Shown piece after piece: positions 31,615 to 45,001 of a DNA stretch of 64,000 nt. Position numbers and translations under genes: made by a program. Within the stretch, counting starts at the first letter, position 1. Each line of letters begins with the position of its first letter. The DNA is from Eledone cirrhosa (lineage: Eukaryota), in the NCBI GenBank assembly GCA_964016885.1, contig OZ024747.1:48794001-48858000 (forward strand), in the 5' to 3' direction. The notes under the pieces were generated by a model. It did no database searches, was not told the DNA's origin, and saw only the letters and a program-made list of their open reading frames with translations.

Positions 31615-31908
31615 TATTAAAAAAATAATGAATAAACAAAGAAACAGTTCCTTATATTAAAAAAAATTTCATTATTTTACGATCGTTTCTAGGATATACA
31701 TGTGTTAGAGTTGGTATGCATATTCTATAGATCTATGTACAATATTTATACAAACTATCAGAGGGAATATACATACCTACACATATGTATGCTGTCTTCA
31801 GAAATAATGTAGTAGTTTTTGAATGCATCTTCTCTTTTCATGATATCCGGAATACATTAAGTTCTTCATACGGATTGGACACTACCGTAAACTTTTGGTA
31901 GATTTTTC

Positions 31909-31909
<1 letters not shown>
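31609..31909. mobile_element. Family C insert: inverted HHR arm (31670-31809, -) joined to a non-overlapping 3' tail
   Basis: Matches 16835-17048, then 17340-17426. Confidence 0.8.
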
Positions 31910-31991
<82 letters not shown>

Positions 31992-32267
31992 TGCCCAGGA
32001 AAACTCTTTCCTTTGAGCTCATTTAATTACAGGATTATACGCGAGTCTTTTGCTCCGTTATTTTTTTTTACTTGATATTTGCTCCTTGCTCTCTCTCTCT
32101 CTGCTGTTGAGCACCATAAATTGAATAGTATAGGCTGCCATTTCTAGCAGCTTGTCCTGTTCATGCCACCGGTTACTGCCTCGCGCACGCATTTCCCTTA
32201 TGTCTACACGTGCGACAGCTAGTTTACTTTAGTTCCCTCTAGTAGTGCGGACAATATCGGCCTTCCA

Positions 32268-32325
32268 CAAGCTGATGACCCACACGGCCGAATTGGAATC
32301 CACTTAAATGGCGAAATATTCTCCT
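32268..32325 (+). ncRNA. Degenerate hammerhead
   Basis: ag CTGATGA ccca...tggc GAAA ta TT ct. Confidence 0.5.
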
Positions 32326-32522
32326 GGTGAGTTTGTACATGTGTGACTTAGATATGAGGTTGGTTTCTCATTTTAATTTATACTTTTAATTTTAATGTGT
32401 TTCCTATGCCTCTAGTAGCTTATATTCTCTTCACGCTGGTGGTTTGAAATTCCTGTAAAGAAAAACACACTCTCCTGTGTCTTTCCCTTCTATATATTGT
32501 ATATATATATATATATATATAT

Positions 32523-32585
32523 ATAACAAAGGAGTCCAGAAATAGCCGTCGAAACGGCTTGAGCTCGGCCGTCCGGGTCATACTT

Positions 32586-32589
<4 letters not shown>
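32523..32589 (+). mobile_element. Family B minimal copy: ~11 nt of the 3' end inverted, then the short arm
   Basis: ataacaaagga (reverse complement of the terminus) + gtccagaaatagccgtcgaaacggc...catactt. Confidence 0.7.
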
Positions 32590-32659
<70 letters not shown>

Positions 32660-32662
32660 AAG

Positions 32663-32693
<31 letters not shown>

Positions 32694-33492
32694 ATATACA
32701 TATATTTCTTTGTACGCTGAGATGCAACCGGTACTAGCAGTGAAACCCATACTAGTTTCGTCAACCTATTATTAGTATTTTCTCCCAACTAGCAGATTAA
32801 CAGTGAGAGTAAGTTGAACGAGGTTCCACACTTTTTTTTAATTGTCTTTTGTTTAATATGCGCTCTAATAAATGTTAAATCTTTATCTCTCACACTCACC
32901 TATTGAATTGTTCAAGTGTGAAATTAATCGGTTTACGCACGTGGTTGGTTGAAATATCTAGAATTTGAATTCTAACCAGCGCACTAACTCTATATCGATG
33001 TCTAATCGCCGATTGGCATTTAATGTCCGGAAAGGTTTTAGGCGCTACCATTGTTACAGTCGCACTATTTCTCGCATGGTACTTGGAGACTAGAGCCAAA
33101 TGCTTAGTTCCGCTCCAGCCATAAGCTCTCAGCCAACGTGTCTCAAAAACAAATTAACAAGCGAGTGAAATACGGTTATTAAAAAAATCAATTTCCTATC
33201 GCTGTTCCTATCGCTGTACAATAGAATGGCAGCATTCGGCTCCATATTTCGACCAACCACGTGCGTAACTGTTCAATGCACACAAATATATATATATTCT
33301 TGTTATAATAATTATCGTTATCAATATCCTGCATCGACATCCACCTCTGTACAAATATTCAAAACAATATGTCAAATTGTCAAGTGATAACAGAATTTCT
33401 AGAACAATTTGATGCACTGCAATGTATGTATGTATGTATATATCTATGTATGTATGTATGTATGTATGTATGTATGTATGTATGTATGTATG

Positions 33493-34540
33493 TTCTTCTG
33501 GTTTTATAATTTCACCAATTTTTACCAATAGAGAGAGGGTCAGTTTCTCATATAATTACAAGACTCACTCATTGGAATTTACACATCAACTAGGTAGATA
33601 TGTATAGGTTATTGTCTATGTGGATGTGGATGTTTTGAGTTGTATGTGAGCATGTGTATATGCTTTGTATCTGTACAAGTGTATATGCATTTTTTAGATG
33701 CAGACGTTTTGGAATGTTTACATATTTTTACTATTCCATTAATGGATTGTACTTGTAATTTTCTACCTAGTTGTGTTCCTTATATTTCTGTGAAGCCCAG
33801 CTTCTCAACATTTGTATTGAGGCAGTTACTAACATATCCCAGTGCCCCAATAATCGCAGGCATAAATCTGAGGTGTAATCAGGGTGGAGTATCTGCAGAT
33901 TTCTCATTAGTTCTGCATAAATATTCACCATTTCCCTAATCTTTGATATTATATTGGCATCTGCTGGGCAGCTAACTTCCACTACTGTGCATGCCTTCTT
34001 TTCCTTGTCCCATATCATAATATCTGGTCTGTTATGCCTGCATTTTATTGGGGTTTTTACTGGCACATTCCACCAGTACTCTTTCATATTATGTATATGT
34101 ATGTCTTCCACATTGCTGTAGCTTTTAATGTGTTTATTGTTGGGGCTATCTTTTGTAGGGATTGCATTGTACAGTGCTTTGGCCACTACATCATGCCTCG
34201 TAGGTAGATAGTACCGATGACATCTTTGGGCAACTGCTTATGACATTCGATGTTAATTGTGCAGAGTCTGCACTTGTCACATCTAGGTATTTTGCCTGCA
34301 TCCCTATCTCTTTTGTGAATCAGGTATTTTGTGTTGATTTCCTGTTCTTGGATTGCAAAAGCGTATCCTTCAAAGTGGGAGCCAATATAGCAGTTGTTGG
34401 TCCAAGATAGACTACTTTGCTTATCTATATTACTCTCACTCGGGAGCTTCATGGCAACATGTCCATGTCTAATGGTTTGCTGATAAGCATGCAGTTTTCA
34501 TCCATGGATTCACTGCAGTGCTGTTGGGCAATTTCCCTGG
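33493..34540 (-). mobile_element. 3' part of R4/Dong-like non-LTR retrotransposon (CCHC plus restriction-like endonuclease)
   Basis: CRLC, RHDVVAK, YWWN, RPDIMIWD, VVEVSCP; (TATG)n on both sides. Confidence 0.85.
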
Positions 34541-34704
34541 GTGTATGTAGGTATGTATGTATGTAGATATGTATGTAGGTATGTATGCATGTAGGTATGT
34601 ATGCATGTAGGTATGTATGAATGTATGTATTTATATATATGTATTTATATATATATATTATATATATATATATATTCATATATATGCATATATATATATA
34701 TATA

Positions 34705-34820
34705 TAAGTTGAAATAAAATGAAAACGAAATTTCATTTCTCACTCTTAGTACGGCACTTACTTAAATGTAAGTATGTATGTATACGTACATACATATATG
34801 TATACAGACGTACAGTGGCA

Positions 34821-34878
<58 letters not shown>

Positions 34879-35307
34879 CAGGTACACATACATATATGCA
34901 CGTATCAGTTTAGCGGACGCTTATTATAACGCCGCTTTGTTCGTTTGTCAACAAACTGAACAGCCTGAATTTATGCCATACGGTGTTAAGGCAACCACGT
35001 CACCTTTTTGTTCAACACTGACACAGGAACGATGTACTAGTTTCAAGCTTGTTAGCTATCATCAGCACCGTATACCCTTCTGCCAGATAGTTGAACGTTC
35101 GAAAGTATATACTTTCCTTATGAAAATTAACGGGTGAGCAGCCTAATTTGCATATCGAGTGAGTTAAATCGGTCAGGCATACCGAAAACGATAAGTTGAA
35201 ATAAAATGAAAACGAAATTTCATTTCTCACTCTTAATACGGCACTTACTTAAATGTAAGTATGTATGTATACGTACATACATATATGTATACAGACGTAC
35301 AGTGGCA

Positions 35308-35310
<3 letters not shown>
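34705..35310. mobile_element. ~490-bp unit in partial tandem carrying a hammerhead (retrozyme or tandem-pLTR-like)
   Basis: 34705-34822 repeated at 35193-35310; the second unit appears to resume at 35748-35779. Confidence 0.7.
35030..35070 (-). ncRNA. Intact minimal hammerhead
   Basis: Minus strand: cggtg CTGATGA tagct aaca agctt GAAA ctag TA catcg. Confidence 0.85.
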
Positions 35311-35370
<60 letters not shown>

Positions 35371-35776
35371 CGCACGCGCATTCTTTCCCTCGTTTAAATT
35401 TTAAATAATTTTCTCCCCATAACGGCATTCCTGTCTTAACGACATCACAACTTTCTCCTCTTGGCCTGTTCCCCCCCCTCCCCCCTTTTGGAACTTTCCC
35501 CCGTTGATGGGCGTGAGCCCGAAATATTGGGATTAAATCTCTACTACGGTAACCCTTCTACCTTTGTTTTGTTTTCATCTTTGTCTCTCTCAATTTTCAC
35601 TTTCACCTGTTTTTCCTATCTATCTTTCACTTCCTACCTCGAGATTTCCCTCTGCATTGTTGTGGCTTTCTTAACTACGTATTTTACACATTTCACAATG
35701 CTTCAAGCAAACTTTAACACCCTCATATATATATATATATATATATACATACAGGCACACATACATATATGCACGT

Positions 35777-35821
<45 letters not shown>

Positions 35822-36013
35822 AAAAAAAGATAAAATCGAAAATGCAACTGAAGTCTTATTTAAAAAAATATATATATACTTATTTGGTTCCTTTACCAGT
35901 TTCGCAGTTCTTCTGCTTTTCAAAAGTAGAATTGAGATGGAGGGTCTGTGGTTGGTCTTTGAATGTTACTTGTTTTATATGGAATATATATATATATATA
36001 TATATTTTTTTAA

Positions 36014-36048
<35 letters not shown>

Positions 36049-36049
36049 G

Positions 36050-37998
36050 TGTTTCGTTCTGAATTTTTTTAGCAAGATTCTTTACCTAAAAACGTGTGTT
36101 GTTATACTTTGGGAGGGTCATGTTGCCAATATGAAACACACGCACCAGATGCTTTCACTCCAATTTATTATAAATTAAATTATAAATTTAAAAGATTTAT
36201 AAATTTCCGGTTGGTTTGTTGGTTCCACAACCGGACGGTTGTTTATATATTGTCAAAGTTCTTTCGTCAAACATTCTGTGACTTCTTCAGTGACTGGAGA
36301 TTCTTTTCTTTGTTTTGTGCCTCTCCTTTGGAAAACATATGCCCAAGAGGAGGGAGCAGCCATTGGTGTTAGCATTGCAGGTGACATAGCTAACCTATTC
36401 ATGGTATGGAGGGACAATAAACTTAAAGAACAAATAGAAGACACCAACCTCTTAACCCTGATAATGTACTCTCGCTATGTTGATGATATAAACATCGTAG
36501 TAAAAACACCCCCGCTAGAGAACAGTCAGGAATTAGAGAAACAACACCATGGAAAGCATCCAGCAAATAGCTAACTCCATCCACCAGAGTATTAGAGTTA
36601 CTATAGACTACCCAAGTAAACACCCCAACCATCGATTACCTGTACTAGACACAGAGCTCTAGTTAGAAACCATTAATAACAAAAAACAAATCCTCCATTC
36701 CCATTATGCCAAACCCATGACTTCCAAATATCTGATCCACCGAAACTCAGCTGTTTCGGATCACACCAAAATCAACATAATGATTGCGGATTTAGTACGG
36801 GTGATGAGGAACGTGTCCCGCATGTGCAACCCCAAAGAACCAGAGAGACACATACAACACTTCATCCACCGTATGCAGTTCTCTGGTTACAATCAGAGAG
36901 AAAAAATCAGAGTATATAGAGGAGCCAGAACCAAATGGGAAAAAAATGGGAAATAATGATACAAATGAGACCTGCCCCTTGTATAGGAGCAAATTTTGGA
37001 ATAGAATATAATGAACTAGGAATAAGGTGAATAGAATAAACTCATGGTATGATAGCAATAAATACTAGAGTGTAATGTTCATCAATACAACCCCTAGAGG
37101 TGAATTAGCTTACAAATTTAGAAGGACCCTAGATAAACTTAAACTAAATATTAAGATAGTAGAAAGACCAGGTACCTCCACAAAAACACTTATTAGTAAT
37201 ATATACCCTTTTCAAAGACCTCCCTGTATAGATAAGAAATGCATAATCTGTAAACTAAGCCCACATATTAACTGTAAAACTAGAAACATAGTATATAGCA
37301 TAAGATATACTGAAGGACAATATAAAGATAAGAATATAGTGTACATAGGTGTGACAGCTCGTAGTATAGGAGAACGATTAAATGTACACTTGCGATAGCT
37401 TCAAGATAGAAAAGAGTCATCAGTACTCCACCAACATGCTAAAATAGAGCATAAGGGCAAATTAGAGAACATAGAAATAAAAATAGAATCTACACACAGA
37501 AAAGACGCAATGTTTAGACAAATCACTGAGGCAATAAACATAAAAGAACTCCAACCAAAATTAAATAGAAAACATGAATGGAATAGCAACATCACAACTT
37601 ACAATTAAGGACAAAATGAAAACTCACACACATAGAACAAACAACCAACCAGTAACATGTAAATAAACAAATAAATAAACAAATAAAAACACACACAGAC
37701 ACCCGAATGTTACACATGCGCAAACTAAGCACACAACACACACAAAAACAAGATGGCGCAGGACAGAACAAAGGAGAGGCACAAAACAAAGAAAAGAATC
37801 CCCGGTCACTGATGAGGTCACAGAATGTGAGACGAAACAACTTTGAAAATATATGAACAACCGTCCGGTTGTGGAACCAACCAACCAACCGGGAATTTAT
37901 AAAAATTTTTAAATTTATAATTTCATTTATAATAAATTGGAGTGAAAGCAACTGGTCCGTGTTTCTTATTGGCAACATGACCCTCCCTAAGTATAACA
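36050..37998 (+). mobile_element. Decayed Naiad-like PLE with inverted upstream pLTR (36050-36330)
   Basis: EGAAIGVSIAGDIANLFM, YSRYVDD, CIDKKCIIC, YIGVTARSIGER; HHRs 36252-36294 (-) and 37805-37847 (+). Confidence 0.9.
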
Positions 37999-38048
37999 AT
38001 ATATATATTTATATATATATATATATATAATATATGTATGTATGTATG

Positions 38049-38112
<64 letters not shown>

Positions 38113-38119
<7 letters not shown>

Positions 38120-38519
38120 GTTTGAATATGTATAATAAAGCCAAAACAATGCAGGTATGGACATAGAAAAAAGAATGCAATTGCAAAAGATATTGTTGAT
38201 AAATCGTCTTTTACCTTAGATTTATTTAAATGTCCTTAATTTTCGAGATAATATCTCTTCTTCAGAGGGAAATAAAGGTCTCAAACCAGCCTTCTAAATA
38301 TCTTGCCAAGCCATGCTGACAGGAAATAGTATGGCTTCGCAAGATATTTAGAAGGCTGGTTTGAGACCTTATCTAAGGTAAAAGACGATTTGTCAACAAT
38401 ATCTTTTGTAATTGCATTCTTTTTTCTATGTCCATACCTGCATTGTTTTGGCTTTATTATACATAATCAAACGTTTATACCTCATTACACAATGCTTCAA
38501 GTGAACTATAACCTCCTCC
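38113..38519. mobile_element. Fold-back insert; hammerhead 38234-38268 (-) present in the left arm only
   Basis: Minus strand: cct CTGAAGA agagat att atctc GAAA at TA agg; right arm jumps gagacctta|tctaaggt. Confidence 0.85.
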
Positions 38520-38525
38520 TATATA

Positions 38526-38595
<70 letters not shown>

Positions 38596-38616
38596 CGTAT
38601 ATATATATATTTATAC

Positions 38617-38675
<59 letters not shown>

Positions 38676-38810
38676 CTTACTGGTAATAGGATAGTAATTA
38701 AAGACTATCTCTCACTATTTAGGGTTTGTGTATATATAATATATTACCATCAAAGGTTTTATTGCATACATAACCATAAATAGTACCCTTAATACTATAT
38801 ATATATGTAT

Positions 38811-41492
38811 ATAGTTAATTCACCATTTCCGAGAACAATTGTTTCACCTTGTTCGGATCATCGGCTCGGTTTAAATGAGATCGTACGGAAAAGGAAAAAC
38901 ACTTGTACGAATAAGCATGTGCAAAAACAGTCACTTCCCAAAAGTGAAGCAACCCACATTGGATCGGTGGAGGGGAGAGAAAACTGTGGATATTCAGAAT
39001 AAAAATAGATTATTCATGTTATTCAGTCCAGAAAATTATAGATTTTTCATGTTAGCCAGTCTGGAGTTTTGTAATTACGTAATAGGTGTTTCCAGGCGTA
39101 TAGACAACGCGAAAAATGTTCATTCCCTGAATTTAGACAAGCGCTATTATGAATATTTCTCAGGATATTGATTCTTTCTTCAATGCACAGCCCACAAGAC
39201 ATATCCCCGTTTGCGTATGGCTTAGACTTAGTAATAACTTCCCACTGAATGGAGTAATCCACGCCTGTGTCCTTGAGGGACCATACGTGGCTCGCAAACT
39301 TCGTGGACGATCGTTTGTCTCGGTATCTGAAAGTCGACAGATGATTCAGGAAGAGTTCTTTAAACCGACCCTCCGCCATACCTACATAGGATTTGTCCTC
39401 TTGTTGTTGATTTGGTTGGTTAGAAGTGACTACAGCTTCGTAAATTACAGCGGGTGTGTTACATTGTTGTTGAAGGGGACAAGCTTCAGGCCTTCGGTAA
39501 GGGAATCTTGGTGGGGTTCTGCTCTTAGGGTTGTTGGTGATGTTGGCCTTCATATTCTTAGCACAGGAGTATCCTAGTTTCACCCTGTGTCTGTTAAAGA
39601 TGGAGCGGTATTTATGACCTTTGGGGAAATTTCTATCTAAGAGAGCTAAAATTGAACCCACATTAGTTTTAACAATGAGTGAAAACCAAATTATTGTTCT
39701 ATTAGCACGATTTCTTTTCCTATTCTTGTTGGCGTTAGTAGGGGAGTAATCAATTTGTTGGGAGAAGCCGGTGTTAGCTAACACCGCAGGGGGCCGCTCT
39801 GTCAAAGATTGTTTCTTTAGAGGAGAGGCTAAAGATTCTAGTGCCGATATTTTTCACGAAGTTTCTAAAAACTGTAGGTAGATGACATGAATCTTTGTGT
39901 ATATAATTTAGTTTTTCATTTAGTTTATAGAAGGGTCTAAAGGTGTGTGCGTGCAGATCTAAATTTATGTCTAAGTAATCTACGCTAGTAAGGTTAGAAG
40001 CTACTGTTATCATAAGTCCTAACTCATTAAAGGTAGTAATTAAATCTTTTTTTAAACGGTTCAGGTTGTGACCACTATTATGGCTCGATAGGGTCAGACC
40101 ATCGTCACGGTATAAGCCCGTGTGGGAGTACGGGAATCTAGTTCATAACGTATCTAAAATAAATAAGCCAATCAAGTCGGATACATCAGCACTATCGAAT
40201 GATCCCATTGATGCGTCGAATAGTTCTGAAGTAGTTGACTTCTTTGTCCAGGCTACTCCATTATTGAAGAGGAGGGTTTTCCGGCAATGTGCAATGATCT
40301 CCATGTCTAAATGATTGACGGTGGTGTAAGTAGTGACAAAGCCCAACGCTTTGTTCAACAGGGTCACCGAGATCGACGGGTAAAAGAGCACACTGTCGAA
40401 CTGAGTGAATTTGGCATTTTTGGAGCTGAAAGAGTTGAACCACTTAATGACAGAACCACTGTTCTCCCACGGGGACAGGTTGGACTTAGTCCTAATAGTC
40501 TTAACTATATTCTTAAGTATAGCCTTACTGACTAGCGCCATCTCCGTACGTGACGGGTTCAGTAATCTACACGTGGGATTAGAAGCAAAGTCTACCTTGC
40601 GATCCTTAAGGGTGAAAAAGGCCTCACGCATAGCTAAGCATTAGAGTTTCTTATCTACCTTAAGGGTGGAGGCTAGGTGCTTGGCTTCTGTATTGATGTC
40701 GTGGTAGGCCGAGGGGTCAACCTTCTTATATTTAGAAGTTATAGCGTTTCGTGCCAAGTGGCTGTATGTAGTATTATCGACTTCGTAAATGTTATAAGTT
40801 TTGTCTGAGAGGACGAATGTATTAGTGCATGACCTAAATTTTCTTACTGCCATTTCCAAGTTTGTTTTGGAAAGTACTAGAGTGCTAGAGTGTTTGCGAA
40901 AGGAAATGTTAGCGACTAAATCAAGAAGGTCCGCTTCGAAAGGAGCGAGTTAAATTACCTTAGGAGGATAGGCTCTCGATTTCAGGTTGTAGGTGTTAGT
41001 GGTGCTTGTAATTTTACCATCGAAAGCCAGGGCTCACTATCTTAAGTGTTTAACGACATCTTTCGCTTTCTGTAGGAGAAGCCTTGAGTAAACATGGCTG
41101 GAGGGACTGGGATTATTCTTCAGAGAACAATCCAGTTCGTACAAATCCATTCAAACATTGGTGAGATACAAAGTTGTGTAAGACATGAGGATATAACGAG
41201 CGCTCACAGGATAGAAAGCCAAACTGCCACGTAGTGAAAAGAATCTGCTGGCTGGTGCTGGGGACGTGTAAAAGTAGAACACTGGAGGGTTATATTCGTA
41301 GTAGTAGAGCACTCAGTCCATGGGACGAGTTTGGCATAAATAGTTCCACAACAGTTAGTTCACTAATTCCGAGAACAATTGTACGGAAAGAGAAAAAACA
41401 ATTGTACGAATACGCAGGCGCAGAAACAGTCACTTCCCAAAGGGGATTTAACCCACGTTGTTGTTGAAGGGGACAAGCTTCAGGCCTTTGGA
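38811..41492 (-). mobile_element. Near-complete decayed PLE (source family of pLTR A), ORF ~41150 to 39047
   Basis: CSLKNNPSP, LSDKT, CRLLNPS, FDASMGSFDSADVSD, LYRDD, CPLQQQC, YVGMAEG, CGLCIEE; HHR 38828-38869 with CCGATGA core. Confidence 0.9.
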
Positions 41493-42909
41493 TAGAGGTG
41501 GAGAGAGAGAGAGATTTATGTTTTAAGTGGGAGTATTTGTATAATGCCTTGTGTGTTTACATGTAAGCGCTAAATAAACCTTAAAACAAACATCACATTT
41601 CAGTCGTTGGTACTTTACTTCTCCCATCCAAGATACCGATAATACATAAATTAAGAAAGAAATCCTTGTTATATTCTTTTTATTATATTTGTATTATTCT
41701 CCATTATCGATCCACACCAACCACGGTCCCAACCTCATTATCTGCTAATCTAAATATATTATCACGTTTCATAAAAAACATCAATTCTTTTACTTTCTCG
41801 TATGCATGTCGTCTGCAACAATTTGTATCAAACATGGCGTTTCTAAGACTTCAATATTTCATTGGTCTTTCGTCCTAATCAATTCCTGCTTTAGTTTCCC
41901 ACGCTTATTTGTTCTTAGACGCACAATTTATCGATTTTGTAACCCAATTATTAAGTTTTAAAAATACATCGCAGTTTACTTATTTTATATATTTAAAAAA
42001 AATCACATTTCGAATCGTTTTGTTTTCTTTTTTCGAAAAGTAATTTGCTTCATTGGTTTTTTTCTAAGTACCTTTTTTTTTTAATGTAAACCTCTAAAGT
42101 ATGATAAGACGTGATGTTATTGTTTTTCTTTTATTTTTGTTGTTGTTGTTACTATTGTGGTATGTATTGTTGTTTTTTGTAGTTGCTATCTCCCATGTGA
42201 TGATATTTAACTACCATTATATTGCAATCCAATAACGTTATTCTAATTTTTACTGATGCTAATATTACCTTATAATATGCATACTTACACACACACGCAC
42301 ACACACACGCACGCGCGCGCACACACACACATAATACATACATGTATATATATAATATGGAAAACGAAGAATCAGTGATGCATCGGAACACAATTTATTA
42401 ACGTACTCTGGATTCGCAAGTTCCTCAGATACGTCTAGTGATTTCAAAGCAAATCGTCTTTCTGTTGGACTCCGACCCTTCACATTTCTATCATCTGCCG
42501 TCATCCTGGTTACGCGGCCCGTTGATTGGTTAAGAGTTCGCGACGTCATCTGTATGTTTCACCATTCAAATCTGCCCACTGACCATTTCCATTCAGGCGT
42601 GAGCTGTCACTCACCTTAATTCTGTCGCCAGAATTACTGCTAGGTGGGCGAGTGGTTATGAATTGCCTTTCCAGTCCCTAGCTTGCCCGCAGCCCGACAC
42701 ATACACACCCACACACACGTGTGCCCACACATATACAGACATTCCGAGCTACTGATCGCACACTTATACAGACGTACAGTAGTATCTATATATATATATA
42801 CATACATGCACACATATATATATATATATGTACGTATGGATTCACCGAACATATATATAAGTAACAGCCGTACTAAGAGTGGGAAATGAAATTTCGTTTC
42901 ATTTTTTCC

Positions 42910-42941
<32 letters not shown>

Positions 42942-42945
<4 letters not shown>

Positions 42946-43607
42946 ATAATAATAAACGTGAAGACTAAATTCCAAAGAGGGCTCGATCAGGATAAATATA
43001 TATCAAATATATAAGAACCCTATAGCAAATATTTATTAAAATAATAGATTAAAGTTTAAGCAAAGAATCGCTGCTTTCACCCTAACGGGATCTTCTGAAA
43101 CTAAAAAATTCAATGTGTGAACGCAGAAGTAAATATTTCGGAAACCGAATGATTTTCGGCTTCGGACTTAAGAATAATGTAGATAAATTATTACTTTTTA
43201 TGTTTTTAATAACCTCTGTTATTTTCGCTTCACAAAGTACCAGTAATACACTGGGTAATTGCTGGCCTTGTGCCAAAAGTAGAAACAATTATTCTTAACT
43301 CCGAAACCGAGAAATGTTCGGTTTACTAAATAGCATATTAGTCTACAACTCCATTTATACCAATAACGTGGTTTTGTCTTTGCGTGTATTTGTTCTCATT
43401 GATCTACATAACGACGTATTATCTTCGTTTTGTTCCGTTCATTGCCAGGGAACGTCTTCACGAACGAAAGTATCCTCTTTCTGTTTTCCTTCGGTTGCAA
43501 CGGTTTTCGAAATATTTACTTCTGCGTTCACAGATTGAATTTTTTAGTTTCAGAAGATCCCGTTAAGGGTGAAAGCAGCGATTCTTTGCTTAAACTTTAA
43601 TCTGTTA

Positions 43608-43614
<7 letters not shown>
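42942..43614. mobile_element. Fold-back insert family E with CAGAAGA-core hammerheads (43053-43102 -, 43546-43596 +)
   Basis: Arms 43034-43147 and 43501-43614; SINE 3' fragment at 43236-43290. Confidence 0.8.
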
Positions 43615-43680
<66 letters not shown>

Positions 43681-43689
43681 AAAAAGAAA

Positions 43690-44095
43690 AAAAAACACAG
43701 TAGAAAATGCTAGAGGAATTTTTTCAGTATTACATCAAAACATTTATTTACAAAGTAGGGATATCCGCATTTAATTGTACCGGTTTCAGCTTTATATGCT
43801 TTTTTCAAGAACGGGAGTGTATAGTGCAGTTAAATTGCATATTCATAAGATACTAAGAAAATGGAGAAAAACAATTCAGTTTTTAGATATATATTTAGGG
43901 AGGAAAGTTTATATTTTTGTCCGTATTCTTCTTTCGTTATCTGTTAGTGTTGACCAACAGTGGTGGTAGCAGTTTAAGTTGTTGAAAAATCAAATAAAGC
44001 TGAAACCGGTACAATTAGAAGCGGAAATCCGTACTTTGTAAATAAATGTTTTGATGTAATAAAAATAATCTCTCTAGTATTTTCTACTGTGTTTT
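43690..44095. mobile_element. Older fold-back insert with U3:A8 hammerheads in both arms
   Basis: agttg TTGAAAA atc...gct GAAA ccgg TA caatt (43977-44016); mirror 43773-43812. Confidence 0.75.
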
Positions 44096-44155
44096 TCCTT
44101 TTTACTATTTCTTTATATATATCATATATCAACTCGTGTATCACTTCTCTACATT

Positions 44156-44259
<104 letters not shown>

Positions 44260-44341
44260 GTGTATAGTGGTAGCTATGGTGCTTCCATAGGCGGTATGCC
44301 AAAATTAGCACTCGATATTCATCAGAGTAGAGTGTAGATAT

Positions 44342-44586
44342 TATAAAGGAAACGAAAACTCAGTGATGCATCTGAACTTAGTTTATTTCGTGTTACAAAT
44401 GTTTCGCCGGCATGTAGCTCGAGTCATGGTCCTTGTATGGATCTGGCTGATTCTACTTCTGCGGGTTCTTTCCGACACGGGTGTTACGTCCGTGATAAAA
44501 TTTGCTCCAAGCTACATGCCGGCGAAACATTTGTAACACGAAATAAACTAAGTTCAGATGCATCACTGATTTTTCGTTTCCTTTAT
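44342..44586. mobile_element. Fold-back insert, ~75-bp arms holding a hammerhead 3' half
   Basis: ccggc GAAA catttg TA acacg; relative at 42359-42435. Confidence 0.7.
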
Positions 44587-44820
44587 ATATATATATATAT
44601 ATATTTCCTCACCTCGAATCTAGAACCATTAACTAAAAGGGGATCATATTTAGGGAGTTGTCACTGGAAGACAGCAGGAATGAACTAGTAATGCCGCTGC
44701 ACTCTATTTATTGGAGCCAAAGCAGAATTGATTAAATAACACTTCGTATATATATATACTTACGCAAGTACTGGTAACTTCGTGTCTCGATTTATGACCA
44801 ATACCCCTTACTGCTCTCTT

Positions 44821-44935
<115 letters not shown>

Positions 44936-44961
44936 GTATCAATAACGACCTTGTCTACGTA

Positions 44962-45001
<40 letters not shown>

